From Takakia lepidozioides (lineage: Eukaryota > Plantae > Bryophyta): 64,000 nucleotides of DNA. Position 1 is the first letter of the stretch. Each line of letters begins with the position of its first letter. The position numbers were made by a program, and so were the translations under genes. Location of the stretch: positions 27,342,001-27,406,000 of the forward strand of contig CM060734.1 in assembly GCA_030704615.1 (NCBI GenBank), in the 5' to 3' direction. The notes under the pieces were generated by a model. The model did not search any database and was not told where the DNA came from. It saw only the letters and a list, made by a program, of their open reading frames with translations. Positions 1-31,541 of this stretch are shown here, piece by piece.

Positions 1-311
1 GGATCAATGCTCAAAAGTGAGATCGGACGCCTTATCAACAACATTCGCTATCATCTATATTGGGTGGTACGTACAATGTTTTTTCTAATAACAAATAGTA
101 AGACGGATGCAGTTGAGAATGCGACTCTTATGTCTTTGCACGCCGCTGCAAGTCAAACCGCCCAACACACTCCTACCATCCTAGGTTGCCGGATACAAAA
201 CGCTATCCCACGGATTCCACGTTTAGCACATCTTCCGTTTCCTTAGTATTTTCTAAGTTCCCTGCCCATAATCTGAGAGCTTTTTGTTGGGTCTGACCGC
301 ATGATGTGTAG

Positions 312-404
312 GGTAAGGCACGAGGAGGGGGGGCGTTCTTGGAATGAGCGCCCGGCACGAGGCTACCGCTCATTCCAAGAACGCCCCCCTCCTCGTGCCT
401 TACC
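312..404. repeat. Near-perfect inverted repeat (about 38-bp arms, 16-nt loop), MITE-like
   Basis: GGTAAGGCACGAGGAGGGGGGGCGTTCTTGGAATGAGCG (312-350) is the reverse complement of 367-404 apart from one G in the homopolymer. Confidence 0.9.
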
Positions 405-1142
405 GGGCGTAAGGAAATAGCAAAAATTTCCTTAAGTCTGGACGGCTCAGATTTAATCTAATGGATGGTTCAGATTGGTGAATATTTGAGGAGGAACCTT
501 ACGACGTACGGTGCCATCCGTAAAATTCCCTCGCCTAAGGTGCCCTCCAAATACACTAAGAAATTTTTGCCGGGTCTTTACGCTACGCATTGGAGACGTT
601 TTGTGTGTGTGGCATACACTCTCTTGGTGTTAGGGTATCATCGACAAATTCTCTAACTAGTTTGTCCTTGGGTTGCCAAATATGTACTCCAATCCTTCAA
701 AAAATAAAATCGACGAAAGGCCCCAGGCCGTTTTGTCTGAATGAGGGTGGCTAGTTGCATGTGGGGCGCGATTTCCAGGAATGCCCCACTCTGAGTGCCT
801 TACCCGGCGTAAAGAAACAGCACAAATTTCTTCAAGTCTGGACGGCTCAGATTTAATCTAATGGACGGTTCAGATTGGTGAATATTTGAGGAGGAACCTT
901 ACAAAGTAAGGTGCCATCTGTAAAATTCCGTCGCCTAAGGTGCCCTCCCAATACACTAAGAAATTTTGCCGGGTGTGTGGCTTACACTCTCTTGGTGGTA
1001 GGGTATCATCGACAAATTCTCTAACTAGTTTGTCCTTGGGTTGCCAAATACGTACTCCAATCCTTCAAAAATTAAAAATCGACGAAAGGCCCTAGCCGTC
1101 TAACACCTTGTCTGAAGTCTGAACGAGGGGTGGCTAATTGCA
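395..1142. repeat. Two direct copies (about 350 bp) of a non-autonomous DNA transposon-like sequence
   Basis: About 395-760 and about 795-1142 align, e.g. AAGTCTGGACGGCTCAGATTTAATCTAATGG and ATCGACAAATTCTCTAACTAGTTTGTCCTTGGGTTGCCAAATA occur in both. Confidence 0.85.
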
Positions 1143-1204
1143 TCCGGTCCCACATGGCTGTTAACTAAATGTTTATTTAATCGACTTTTTACAGACCGTG
1201 CACT

Positions 1205-1690
1205 TTTTTTTTTTTTTTTTTGAGAACAGGGAACAGAGGCCCTGAAATCTTTATTACAAAATGCGGAGAAAGCATCCGAAGGCAGTTACATGAGGAAAAA
1301 ATAACCTCAAACCAGGGTGCCATAGAGGCTGATCTAGGAAGACACAGCTTCGAGAATCCAGTGCAGAGAGAAAGAACATCTAGCAGAGATGGCCTAAAAA
1401 GAAGGATCCCAGCACCTTATGACTGGGCCAGCGAAAGTGAGGAACAAGAGGGAACAAAAACAACCAAGCCTAAACCAGAGAGAAGACTTGGAAAGAGCCG
1501 AGACACCTAACGCCTGCAGGCAGCCGATCCCCACAGAAGAGAGTGGCCCAAGGAGCCGAGGCATGGAAACAAGAGCAGGGTCACTGCCCAGAGATGGCAT
1601 CAAAAGACAAATGAGCCTTTGTTTTCCCCTGCCTGATAGACTACGATGACGCCAATTCACCTCCTTCTCGTCAGCCGAACGAGAATTCAC
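1205..1690 (-). mobile_element. Probable 3' end of a poly(A)-tailed retroelement (L1-like), 5'-truncated
   Basis: A T-run at about 1205-1221 with TTTATT at about 1250 reads on the minus strand as AATAAA followed by poly(A). No recognisable RT is left and the 5' boundary is uncertain. Confidence 0.45.
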
Positions 1691-2410
1691 TGTTAGTAAG
1701 TCACTATTTTACTCTCTGTTGCTAAAAACAATAATAAACAATAATAAAATAAGTAAAAGAAGAGACAGCCAAAGCCAGGAGGACAGGCAGGTGTCAAAAG
1801 GCCAGGCTGGGACCTGGAAAGAGCAACAGTACACCTGACATCTCGATCAGGCTGCGACCGACGGCGTCGCAGGTTCTGTCGGTTGTCCGTCCGTCCGTCC
1901 AAGCGACGGCGTCCACCCTTTGAACCGACCACGTCGTCAGGGGGATGCGAAGGTGGTGACCGTGGGCGGCCTTATAACGCACTGCGTGCCAGTTGAACGC
2001 AGCTACGGTGGAGGGGAATGAGAGAGGGGGAAGGGCGGTGCTGCCGTGCCTCTGATTGAAGAGTGCGAGAATTTTCCAGCGCCCTTGTGAAATTTCAGAG
2101 AGGGGAAAGAGCGAGAGAGGTGGTGGGTGGACTTGTGAATTGGAGGCTGAAGCTTGAACGTTGAGGAGTGTGAGCCTGAGAGACTCTCAGTCGTGCGGTG
2201 ATGTTTGAAGCGTGTGTATAGTCGAACGCAGTCTTGGGGGATGCATTAAAAGGCACGAATGCATGTGTAATCATTGACAGTGAGTAGAGTGCGTGCTAGA
2301 GAGCTCTATTAAAAGTTTCAATTTTGTGCGTCTTTTTTTCAAGACCTTGTTAACTTTTGAGGAGGGACAACCTGACGATATAATCGACTTGTAAAATCGC
2401 AGCAAATCTT

Positions 2411-20632
<18,222 letters not shown>

Positions 20633-21781
20633 AGAATACATGGGTGCCTCGAAACAATGCAGTGAGCTAAATGTGGAAGCTGCAGTGACAGTGATATTAT
20701 GTCAGAACAAGCTAAGATGGGTCCTGCAACTTTGGGGGATGAACTTTGGGACTTACTGTCTACATCTCCGGTCTGGTGCCATTCATCAAAAATCATTGGC
20801 ACATGTATGTTTGGAAAGACAAACGAAGAGCCCTCAGGAGATTTGCCAGTGGACACTGTCAGGTGCAGTTCTTGAAGGCAAACTATGTTGCGTGGAAACC
20901 CTTCCTGGACATCAGGTGCTATCTCCCTCCGCCCTGTTGGCCATGCTGTGCCTGTAGTACATGCTGTAGTACGACCACAGCATGACCCTTCACACAAATG
21001 ACTTTTGAGACGTTCTGGGACAATCAGTTCAATCCCCCAGTTCTGGCATCTGGTCACTACAAACCAGGATAGGTAAAAATCTCAAGACCAAGCGCATGGG
21101 ATCTAGACCAAAGGCCATGGTTGTGTAAAATATTAGGGAAACCCTGCAAAACAGTTGACGTGCTCCAAAATATTTGGCTTGTTGACTGTTCGCACTCTTA
21201 GAATCACTCTTTTCATAGAAAAGCTGCAACATCTCGGACTTTCGTTTATTTGATGTGAATGTCAAGTAGCTTATGATGTGTTCGTAGTGTAATTGTACCT
21301 ACATTTGAGAGTACTGGCTAATGAAGGACATTCAAGTCATTTTCTGTCATTACATTTTGACATGTAGTACATTTTTACAATTCATCGTTCATTGGTGGAG
21401 TTGATAGCTCAATTGGCCCAAGGTTTTTGGGCATGTTTACATATCAACTCACTTGCCACTGATAGCTGGCTAATATATATGAATGACTAGGTTGAATGGA
21501 CATCGGCCCTAAATAATTTGAAGTCAGGAGCAAGCAGGACATTCAGACACTTTGCTCCACTGTTATTGACAATTCCATTGCTCCAATAAGCTCAAGCTCA
21601 TCACTTTCTGAACAGAAGGTCAGCATGTCTGTGTGACAGAGTCCACCCCATCTACAAAGTCTGTGCTGACACAATGTCAATTTTTTCATCCACTACACAA
21701 CTAGCTTCAAAGATAGCTCCACTTCGCTGAGCTCCACTTCGAGTAGTAAGAAGCATGATGTGTGATAATCCAGGAACCTAC

Positions 21782-22303
21782 CAGACCTTCAGAGCCACAA
21801 GTAGCAAGAGGGAGGGGGATGCGGAGCCTTTCTGAAGATCGTAATAGGTGTGATTTCACCACCGCCAAATTCCTTTTAAGGGCATTTTCAGGCAACCGCT
21901 CACAAAGTTTGAGCTGCGCAAACGAGCGAAGCTCCAAGCATCTGGTAGCCCAGTTAATAAGAGGACCACAATTTTGGGCAACAGAATCCAATAGGGAGGG
22001 GTCCTCATCAACACTCAAAACAACATTATCAATAGGATCGTAAACGTTGAGACTGTCGATGTAAGATCCAAAATGAGCTCCGATTTCTGGGAGGGAAGCC
22101 AAATAATTGTCTGGCAGGAATGGGAGGGCAATGATTCTGGGTTTGCAGGTGACACCCTTTGAGCCGAATTTCACCGTGTAGAATCCACAGTGTGGGCGGG
22201 TGGAAGACAAACCATGTGATCAAGCTCTTTCTTTCAGTGTGTGGGTTGAGGAACGTTTGGTAACCCACTCTACTACCCCTATAGTTCTCTCCTCAAATCT
22301 CAT
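21782..22303 (-). pseudogene. Possible exon of an unidentified gene with one in-frame TGA
   Basis: ATG at 22303 just after a CATGCAG acceptor, TGA at codon 28 (22222-22220), then about 146 open codons to a GTAGGT donor at about 21781. No family recognised. Confidence 0.3.
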
Positions 22304-22706
22304 GAGTCACCTGCATGTACACACGAAATGATATCTTTATCAATGATTGGGGGAACTCACGCTAGTATGGGAATATGCTTACTCATGGACAGATCTTGTC
22401 ATTTGGTGATCCAAGAAGGCTGCCATAGTACACAGCGCCACCACCGCTCCATAATTCTCCTGCTGTTGCATTTTTCTCTCGCTACTTCTCGTCCTCCAAC
22501 CGATTTGATCCTCTAGCGCACCTCTGCCCTAAAAGCACTTCGTCGCTTCGTCTCTCTCTCTCTCTTTCCTTTAGGCTACACGACTCATCTCATGACTCAG
22601 GCCTTACCACGGGCAAAGGATGGACGGGCAACATGTATATTCAGCTTATATTTTCGTATATATATATATATATATAAAACAAAAATACGTAAGAATTTAT
22701 AGATTA

Positions 22707-22880
22707 CAGTTCAATTGAATTGTCATTTCGCAATTCACTTGAATTGTAGACTACAATTCAATTGAATTGCAAATTAAGGTTCTTTCCAAGCTGGTTTTTG
22801 CAGTTCAAAAACAGTTGAATTGAACTGCAAGGGCAATTCAATTGAATTGCGCACTTTTAGGGGGGTGATCAATTGAATTG
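22707..22880. repeat. Cluster of 16-bp palindromes CAATTCAATTGAATTG
   Basis: Perfect copies at 22754-22769 and 22834-22849; one-mismatch copies at 22707-22722 and 22731-22746; partial copy at about 22869. Confidence 0.85.
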
Positions 22881-23223
22881 GGATGCATTTCACATCAAGG
22901 CCTTTTTGGAATTCCCTAGAAGGCCCCTCGTGTCGGGCCTTCCTGCCCTCGTCTGCAGGGCCCTTAAATCCAGGAAGGCCCTCCACTCAGGGCCTTCCCC
23001 TACACATAACTTTCATGCAAGGTGTCAAGCAACGAGTTGATCGCTGTTGTGTTGCGTTGAGACTTGAATAATCGGCACGTAACCAACCTGTGTGCTGAAG
23101 ATTGTCAAGAGCATCTCTTTGTAGAGCTTCATTGCGCTCCGGTGATCCTCATTCTGTCTTCCCTCTGCTCCAATTTGCACCTGTGATCGGCTTTGTCGTA
23201 CTGGGTTCCTTCAGAGGGGTCCA

Positions 23224-26200
23224 ATGGCGGGCTTGGCGAATGGATTGCGTTGTCACGCCTTGCAACAAGCCAATTCTGTAGACTTGCGGAAGCGTGCCGT
23301 GGTGCACCCCAGGTATGCGAACGCAGAAGTATGCACGGGTCAGGAGTACCGAGTGCACCTTTTGACACCTGTTTTCCATGCATCGTTTGCTGTTTTTTCA
23401 CTTCACAGATCCGACTGGAAATCCCTAAATTGCAACCATTGTGTGCAGCTATGGAGTGGCACGGAGTGGCAGGGTAAGAGTGAGGGCAGCCGTAGAAACG
23501 GATGGGCCAGACTTGAGCGTGACAGTAAACGGGTTGCGGCTGCCAAACCCTTTTGTCATTGGCTCCGGACCGCCGGGCACCAATTACACGGTCATGAAGC
23601 GGGCTTTTGATGAAGGCTGGGGTGCTGTCATTGCGAAAACTGTATGTGTCATTTAATCCCAATTCAGACTGTGTATCTATCTGTGACTCTCTTCTGTCTG
23701 TCTTTGATCTCCACTGGCTGTGGTTGAATTGCATCTATACACATGGTCGGGGACTCGTCAATTGTGCTTAGTGAAACAATCAGAGCCGTGATTACTAGTT
23801 CAATGAACCCCCAGTTGTTGATCCGTAGAAGCAAACCTAAAATGACCGAAACAGGAATGTGCACTTTCAAAAGGCCAAATTGCACCTTTGAGTGTGTTCT
23901 TCTCAATTTCAAATAAGCACTGGAAGGTCCTAGCAAGGTCAATTGAACCCTTCCATTAAGATTGACCGTGTGTCGTCACAATCAGGCACCCAGTAACTCC
24001 ATGTTCAGAACAATTTTAGACTTGAAACTTGTTTGAAAAAGTTGGGGTAAATGAGCAGGTTTCACTGGATTCGTCAAAGGTTGTGAACGTGACACCAAGG
24101 TATGCACGCTTGAAGGCAGGGCAGGGAACCCCCAAGGAGGTGATAGGGTGGGAGAACATCGAACTCATTAGTGACCGCCCCTTTGAGACCATGGTGGCTG
24201 AAATGCGGCAGCTCAAGCAGGAATATCCGGATCGTGTGCTCATTGCATCCATTATGGAGGAGTATAACCGTGATGCATGGGAGGAGATAATTGAGCGTGT
24301 TGAAGATGCTGGTGTGGTGCGGGCTGGTAACCCTTTGTCTCCCATATGTTTATGAATCAGTGTTGGAGTTTGTACTTCTACATGGAATGGATTATATTGG
24401 CCTGTTGCTGCTAAGATCTTAAAGAATCCTCTGTGCCACTGTGACTGGAAATAATCAGGATTCTCAGTTCCATTAGAAGCTAAGGGTGTTGCTTGGTTCC
24501 CAAAAATGGTTGTTTATCATCTGACACAAACTTACAAAAGAGGCAGAAGATGTTGTTTCACAGGTGGGCAAACTGCATACTGTACAGGTCTGGCCTGTGT
24601 GAAGAATATTACAATGCTATGATAGTCACAGTCCTCCATCGCTTGCTGTTTGATTGTTACCCAGGATGCATTGGAGATTAATTTTTCCTGTCCACACGGG
24701 ATGCCAGAGCGCCGAATGGGTGCTGCCATGGGCCAGGACTGTGTTCTTCTGGAGGAGGTCTGTGGCTGGATCAATGCTAAGGCAACGATTCCAGTTTGGG
24801 CGAAAATGACCCCCAATATCACTGACATCACTCAGGTGCACAACCTTGTGTTGGGAGGTGTTGATTCTGTCCCTCAAACAGCTTTCATGTGATTCAGGAA
24901 GACTGAAGGACATCAGAGAGAAGGTTCGGTAAAACCGACTTGCTTGTGACATGCCTGAGCACAAGTTTGGTGCTAGGAACTGTGTGTAATCATTGGTCAG
25001 GATGCCTCGGAGTTTCTGCGTTTCCAAGTGAATGTCACTTCCTCCTGAAATCATTACAGAACTATTCCTGATGCCACATTTGTATTTATGCTGGTATACA
25101 GAAAGGAAACGTAGCTGAGTTTAGGTGAACATATTGGAGGCTGGGTTGGCCTGCAGGTAGAGACATGGCTTGATTTTCTTTCCCTTATGCCTGTTGGGTG
25201 ATCTGTGGTGGGGTGGTGGGGTAAGATAGCCAGCTTGCACAGCCTTGCGGGCAGGGTGTGAAGGTGTGTCAGCGATCAACACCATTATGAGTGTCATGGG
25301 CATCAACCTCGATACACTGCGTCCAGAGCCTTGCGTGGAAGGGTGAGGACTTACACTGTACCATTGCCACATCCGTCCTTAGGGATATTTTGTCATTGAC
25401 TTCTAATTGGATACTGCGCTACCCAACCTTTTGCCAATCCAGGCATATGGGAAGTATAGTCATTGACTCAACCTGGAACCTGCAGAAGCAGGCTGCTGAT
25501 GCTGTAGTGGCCTACTGGCGCATCAGCGTCGACCTGGCTAAAGCAGGTCAGTAGCACCTGTCACACACATCAATGGGGAAAGTGGGGAAGTGGAGAATTT
25601 TGACCCCACCCTGGAGAATGGGCCAAAATCCAAAGTGCCCTGCAACTGTCCCCTTTACATGGTCACATCTTATTTGTATCTGTCATATGAAACATAATCT
25701 CCGATACTTAAAACATTAAGACTGCATCAATTTGTAACTGATGAATTGCTTACCACTAAAAGTTTGACTATGTAGGCATATCCAGGCCATACCTTGATTT
25801 CCTTGATACTTGATGTGTGCAAAAGTGCAGATACTCAACACCTGGTGGATACTCATCCAAAGCTGTGCGTCCCATTGCACTAGCAAAGGTGATGGCTATT
25901 GCTCAAATGATGAAGAGTGAGTTTCCCAGTGAGGGCTTGTCCATCTCTGGGATTGGAGGGGTGGAATCCGGTGGCGATGCTGCTGAGTTTATCCTCTTGG
26001 GTTCCAACACTGTGCAGGTTTGGTGCCATTCCTGACTTGCAAACTTGTGAAGTGCATAGCTAACTTCTATACTAATTTGTTGCTTTTTTTTAGGAATGGT
26101 TGATAGAAGGGAAAGACTAGGAGCAAATATTCTTCCCTGTGGCGATGTGAGTACACACTTGATTTAGTTCCTCTATAGTAAATTTCAATGGACCAGCACT

Positions 26201-26863
26201 GGCCAAGGTGGCATCTGAAATTGTTTGAGCCTTATCAGGCATTGGTTCGGCAGTTCACTGTGAGGGACTGGGAATTGGGCAGGTGTGCACAGGGGTGATG
26301 ATGCATGGCTACGGGCATGTCAAGACATTGTGCACAGAGCTGCAAGCCTTTATGGCCAAGCATAACTTTACCTCCATTGAAGACTTTCGTGGGTACTGCA
26401 CTAACCTGTAATCTGGTACTGGAGTGTTCTCCTCCCGCTCATGATTGGTGCAATGACCAGCTGCACATGCCAAAATTCATCAGCTTTCCTTTTCTATGCT
26501 TAAACTGGATGTCTTAGATGGGCCTGGTTGAAAGACGTTTCTCAGCTGGCATATCTTACGCTTCTCTGAAGTCTTTGGAAGAGACATCTAGTGTGATCAC
26601 CATGTATCTCATCTTCCGGGATGTTGAGCATCTGGTACTTTTTGCATCTTGTTTAAGGGGTTGTTGTGAACCTGTCAAGCAATCATGCCCTGTGGTAACA
26701 CTGCAGGGCATCCTTGGAGTATTTCACTACACATGCAGAGCTTGTGCAGCGACAGAGGGAAGCCATTGAAAAGAAGCAAAGAGTGCGGAAAGGATTGACA
26801 TCTGACAAAGACTGGACGGGTGAGGGCTTTGTCAAGGAAACCGAGACCATGGTGTCTAACTGA
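23224..26863 (+). CDS. PYD1: Plant dihydropyrimidine dehydrogenase (PreA-like FMN domain), plastid-targeted, 8 exons
   Basis: LPNPFVIGSGPPGTNY, GWENIELISDRP, catalytic EINFSCPHGM, WAKMTPNITDI, GGYSSKAVRPIAL, ISGIGGVESG, C-terminus DKDWTGEGFVKETETMVSN. Exons approx 23224-23312, 23473-23641, 24059-24316, 24665-24835, 25230-25342, 25831-26017, 26283-26392, 26707-26863. Confidence 0.95.
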
Positions 26864-28972
26864 GAACGTCCATTTAGCTTCTCTAGAGGAGCCTGGGATA
26901 GGTCTTTGCCACTAGTGAAAGAGGGGTAGACATGAAATAGATCCAATGGAAAGCACTAAGGCAACAGTGCATCACCACAAACATGTCGGGGTGTGATAAA
27001 TTGGGAAAAAGGAATTATCTTCTGCTCATTGTGTGACTCATTTTTCTGCAATGTACAGACAATGTAGCTGTAGTCAGGTTTGAGTCCGCTTCTGCTCCAT
27101 CTCATGGTCTTGGCCATGCTTTTTGACATCTGTGCATTGCCTCTGATGCTGTTTCTTTACCCGTATTCTCTGGTTAACAACAGTAGCTTCAGGTCCCTGT
27201 GAGTCTGCTGCAGGTTCTTCCCCTTCTGCATCTCTCTCTTCCAAACCTTCGTGCTTTTGCAGTCTCATGCCATCTTCGTCACTGGAATGCCATGAAATAA
27301 TGAGGACAACGAACAAAGCCATAGTCCTACCTCCACTGTCCAATCTCATGCAAGTTGCTACAAATTTCAAGACCAGATTTCATTGCGTTGGCGAACTACC
27401 ATTCAAATTTGGAATACAAAAGTCAAAGCACTTCCTTGAGTAGAGACTAGGAGCAGTGAGGTTGAAGTACCGATGGACAAATTTCAGGCCTTGAGGAGGA
27501 ATGTGACAGAGGCTAGTTTTTAATTCAAGTCTAATGACAGATTTTACATTCTCAGTGCATGAGGTATCGGAAAACGAGTGGTCATTATGCTTTCAAGGAG
27601 CTAGCTTTGAAGGAGCTAGCTTTGCTGTCTCTCCTTCACACAAAAAAGCAACTTCTATTGCTTGGTAGTTCACTATCTGATATGTTGAGAGGAAAGGGTG
27701 CGCACCATGGTGGCTAGCATGAGTGAAATGGATAGGAGATGCATGGGATGGTCTCGTGAGACATCTCTTCTACACATGGTTCTGTCATTGAAATACCAGT
27801 TATCACAATCGACAAGGGAGACAACATAAATCAGTGAGTAGAACGTAGTGTAAACATGAGTTGGGGAACTTTCACAATCTATTGTTCATTTTGATCTATA
27901 CACAGTACAGCATCTTTAGTGTCCATCCCTAGTGAAGAAGACGAGGTCCACATCTCGCAGCTGGCCGTGTCATCATTTTCCATACTGAGTCCGCCCTCTC
28001 TCTGTCCATGCCCATACCTTGCACTCTTGGCATCACCCATTCTCCTGCGGCGTAGAATTGCCCTGTCTGGATCATGCTCAGCAACGCAGCTTTCAAGGAC
28101 AAGATACCCTACCCTTCTTCGTTCTGCCTCTGGTACCTTGTCACTTGGTCCATCACGTTGCTGCGCGTCAGGCCGATCCTGTTGCAATCCTCAGTTTGAA
28201 TGCGCTTGATAAGAAATTCACATTGTGAAGTCAAATTGCTCCACAATTATAAAATTTCTTGCAAGCAAAGCCTACAATTGACACGGGCAGGTGGGTCGTC
28301 TCGCTTTAAAAGGTGAAGGGTGTCCAGGGCAGCATGTAGATTGGGACCACCGAGTCAGCCGATCGACAGCGCAAGGGCAAGCCCAGGACAACGTATCCCT
28401 TCACGGAACGTAGTGTCGTTGCATGAGCAGCCATGCCGTCCTATGCGGTGAGCTCAATAGAGACATCTCTGCCTCCTCTTGTGCAGGGCACATGAGCACT
28501 TCGCTTCCTAAGCGGCGGCTGGATGTGGTGGGCCCCGCCAGCGGCTGCGGCCTGGGCGGGCCCTGCTTCCAAGGGGTAAGCCCCCCCGGGTGGGCACATG
28601 TGCACGGAATTCCACCCCTAGGGCGGTTGTGGAGGAATAAGAGTTACTAAAAATAAAGGCCCATTTTTTTTTCACTAGCCAACCAAAGATTGAGAGCTTG
28701 AGAATTACCTCCAGGCAAGCTAGGTTTTAGGATTAGGGTATGGGGTTTTGGTTGGATGGTGGTTTTGGTTGGAGGCTCAGTTAATTTGTGAAGGATTTGT
28801 AGGTGAACATGGAGGATGTTGAACATTGTTATTGTACTTTGTGTTCTCTTCTTGTTCTATGAGGGTCTCCCATATCGTTTCCATCAATCTAAAAAAAAAG
28901 AAAAAAATTCTTATACTTCCGAAATTGGACGAATCAAGTCTTCTGTAGAGATCTCTTCCCATTCTTTGGGCA

Positions 28973-30065
28973 ATGTTGGCCTATGAAGAGAGCAAACCTG
29001 GGAGGACTTGGTGGAAAGAACCTCGACAATGCACTCATTGGGACATTATAGAGGGAGAGGTATGGCATACAAGTTCCGAGATGAGGGATAGGAAATTCAT
29101 TCAAGCTTATCGAATGTCATTTGCAAGTTTCATGTTCTTGGTAACGGGGCTTGAATCATGGATCAAGTCATTTGCTCACATGCTTGTAAGGCAACCATTG
29201 GAGGTTCGCAAGATTGTTGGCCTTGTCCTGTATCGATTTGCCATGGCACAAGTGCAAACCAAATGGTTGACAAGTTTGGTGTTGGAGCATCGACAATCAG
29301 AAAATATGTTGACCTTGTTATCAATGTACTTATTGATGAACACAAACTATTTGCAAAGTATATCTCCATACCACATGGAGATCGACTTCATAGGACTATT
29401 GCAGGGTTTCAAGATGCTTGCAGATTTCCCAATGTCTGTGGTTCCATAGATGGCACCCATATTATTTTGGACGAGAAACCCAGCAAGAGAGTAATTGCAG
29501 TACCGGCATACTATTATTGTAGCAGGAAGAGCACCAACTCCGTGGTCCTCCAAGCTGTATGTGACATAGATAAGATATTTTGGAATGTTTGTTGTTCTGT
29601 GCCAGAAGGGACAGCTGATGGAGGTCAATTCCAAGTTTCATCTATTTATGTGCAACTTCGATCACGCTCAATTCTAAAAGAGCCTGTCGTCGTTGTTGGT
29701 GAGAGACGTATTCAACCTTACCTACTTGGTGATGCAGGTTATCCTAGCCGCACTTACCTCATGCGCAACTTCAAACCTCCAGATGGTAACCGAGATAAAG
29801 TTAGGTTTGACAGACAAATGAATGCCGGTAGAGTCTCCATTGAGAATGCTTTTGCTTTGCTTAAGGGGAGGTGGAGTATTATGAAGAAGGTGAATGCGAG
29901 AGTTGATCGTGTCCCAAAGATAACAATAACATGTTGTGTACTTCACAATTATTGTCAACTCATGGGAGTGCCAGTATCTCCAGAAGGACACGAAGTTCTA
30001 CCTGACCCCCATGTTGGATTCCGTGGTCAACTGCCTATTCATCGAGAAGGTCGTGCCGCCTGTCG
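28973..30065 (+). mobile_element. PIF/Harbinger transposase (HARBI1/DDE_Tnp_4-like), frameshifted and 3'-truncated
   Basis: YRMSFASF, GSIDGTHI, YLLGDAGY, RVSIENAFALLKGRW, TCCVLHNY. Frame switch near 29240; cut by a gypsy relic at about 30070-30095. Confidence 0.9.
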
Positions 30066-30094
30066 TGCACCTAAGCATCGTGCCACAATATAAA

Positions 30095-30900
30095 TGTATG
30101 AAATCATCAAGCTTGATGGTGCCCACAACTCCAGAGTACTGACGTGGCCCCTTGGTAGCTCCATACATTTCCTCCATCGTGTCCCACAACAATGGCAAAG
30201 AAATAGCTTGCACCTGCGGCGTGGATCTCTCAGAGTCTGAATCAGAACCCTCCTCAGAAGACACAGAAGGTGAAGGTGGCCTAAACCGCATACCTCGTCT
30301 CGTGTACCCACTAGTATCGCTAGTGCTCGTACCGGCACTTCCCTCAGCAACTAGTGGCACCTCCGTGATGAAAACTCACAACCACACCTATTGTAAACCT
30401 ATCTCTAATCCCCTTTTCCACAAGATAACCGGGTAGAGAACCTGTTGCAGCTTACGGTTTAGAATACTAGGTTTCTAACGTAAACCTGCACCTGCACCTG
30501 CATCCACCGCAAACACTCATATGGTCTGCTGGTCATCAACCCTGCCTCACCATAAGAGAAACAATGATGGTATGACTGGTCATCACCCTAGCCTCACCAC
30601 CGATAGCACGCTCTAGGATTGGCCGTGATCAAATCCGAACCAACCTCCTATGAAAACAAGCGCCCAAACCAAACGAACATGGCGCACAGTCAAACATGCA
30701 GGTATGGCGGGGATCCAAACACAAGCAAATCAAAACAACAACTCCCCCACACCAAAAATCACTCCACTGTGCCGCTCCTGCAAAGACACCCAGCCCAAAC
30801 CCGGACTGACTCTTGCCTCCACCTACGGAAAGGTTTTGGCCTACAGAGAGGGTGAAATACTATGGGGAAGAGAAACTAAAGCAATTCCTAATCCCAAAAT
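30095..30900 (-). mobile_element. Relic (5' leader and gag start) related to the methyltransferase-carrying gypsy element
   Basis: PLLWDTMEEMYGATKGPRQYSGVVGTIKLDDFI matches PLLWDDMEEMYGATKGPRRYSRAVGTIELDDFI at about 47750-47850; 30500-30840 aligns with the reverse complement of 47130-47480. Confidence 0.9.
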
Positions 30901-31146
30901 GCTCTCATCCCACCACTTTCCCTCCTGTCTCTACCCACTCGCTTGGATGCCGTGGCAAGTAGCCTTCAAATCTCCCTCAATCGATCCTTCAAGAGCTCTT
31001 CAACATTGTCCACAAAAGCTCCTCGAACGGTCCTCCAATACTCCTCCAAGGACCCCAAAGATCCTCCAAACAATACTCTAAGGGCCCTCAAATATCTTCC
31101 AAACAATCCTCCAAAGGCCCTTAAATTTCACCAAGTCATTTCAATG

Positions 31147-31541
31147 TTGATACCTTAACAGAGGTATAGTCTGAGGTTGCTAGGGTCCCTTATATTGATG
31201 ATACATTTACAGAGGTATAGTCTGAGAATGAGGGTTCTGTTTGGTATACTAACAGAGGTATAGTCTGAGCTGATTAGGGTTCACATATGGTGATATCTCA
31301 ACAGTGGTATAGTAAAAGGGACACCCTCCTGTTTGGTATACTAACAGAGGTATAGTCTAAGCTGATTAGGGTTCACATATGGTGATACCTCAACAGAGGT
31401 ATAGTAAAATGGACAAGCTCCTGTTTGGTATACTAACAGAGATACAGTCTCACATTAGGGCTCACATTTGGTGATATCTCAAGAGAGGTATAGTCAAAAG
31501 GGCAAGCTCCTGTTTGGTATACTAACAGAGGTGTAGTCTGA
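31147..31541. repeat. Higher-order tandem repeat: alternating about 49 and 43 bp units, core AACAGAGGTATAGT, about 9 cores
   Basis: Cores recur from 31157 to about 31525; alternate spacers are near-identical (ATTAGGGTTCACATATGGTGATA versus CTCCTGTTTGGTATACT). Confidence 0.9.

Noticed and set aside
22220-22222. Selenocysteine codon
   Set aside because: No redox motif, recognisable selenoprotein family or evident SECIS; land plants are generally known to lack Sec machinery.
27074-28228. Short ORFs downstream of PYD1
   Set aside because: About 100 aa, low complexity, no recognisable family or convincing exon structure.
31147-31541. CRISPR-like repeat-spacer array
   Set aside because: Spacers are not unique but alternate between two related types, the core is only about 14 bp, no cas genes are present and the context is eukaryotic.
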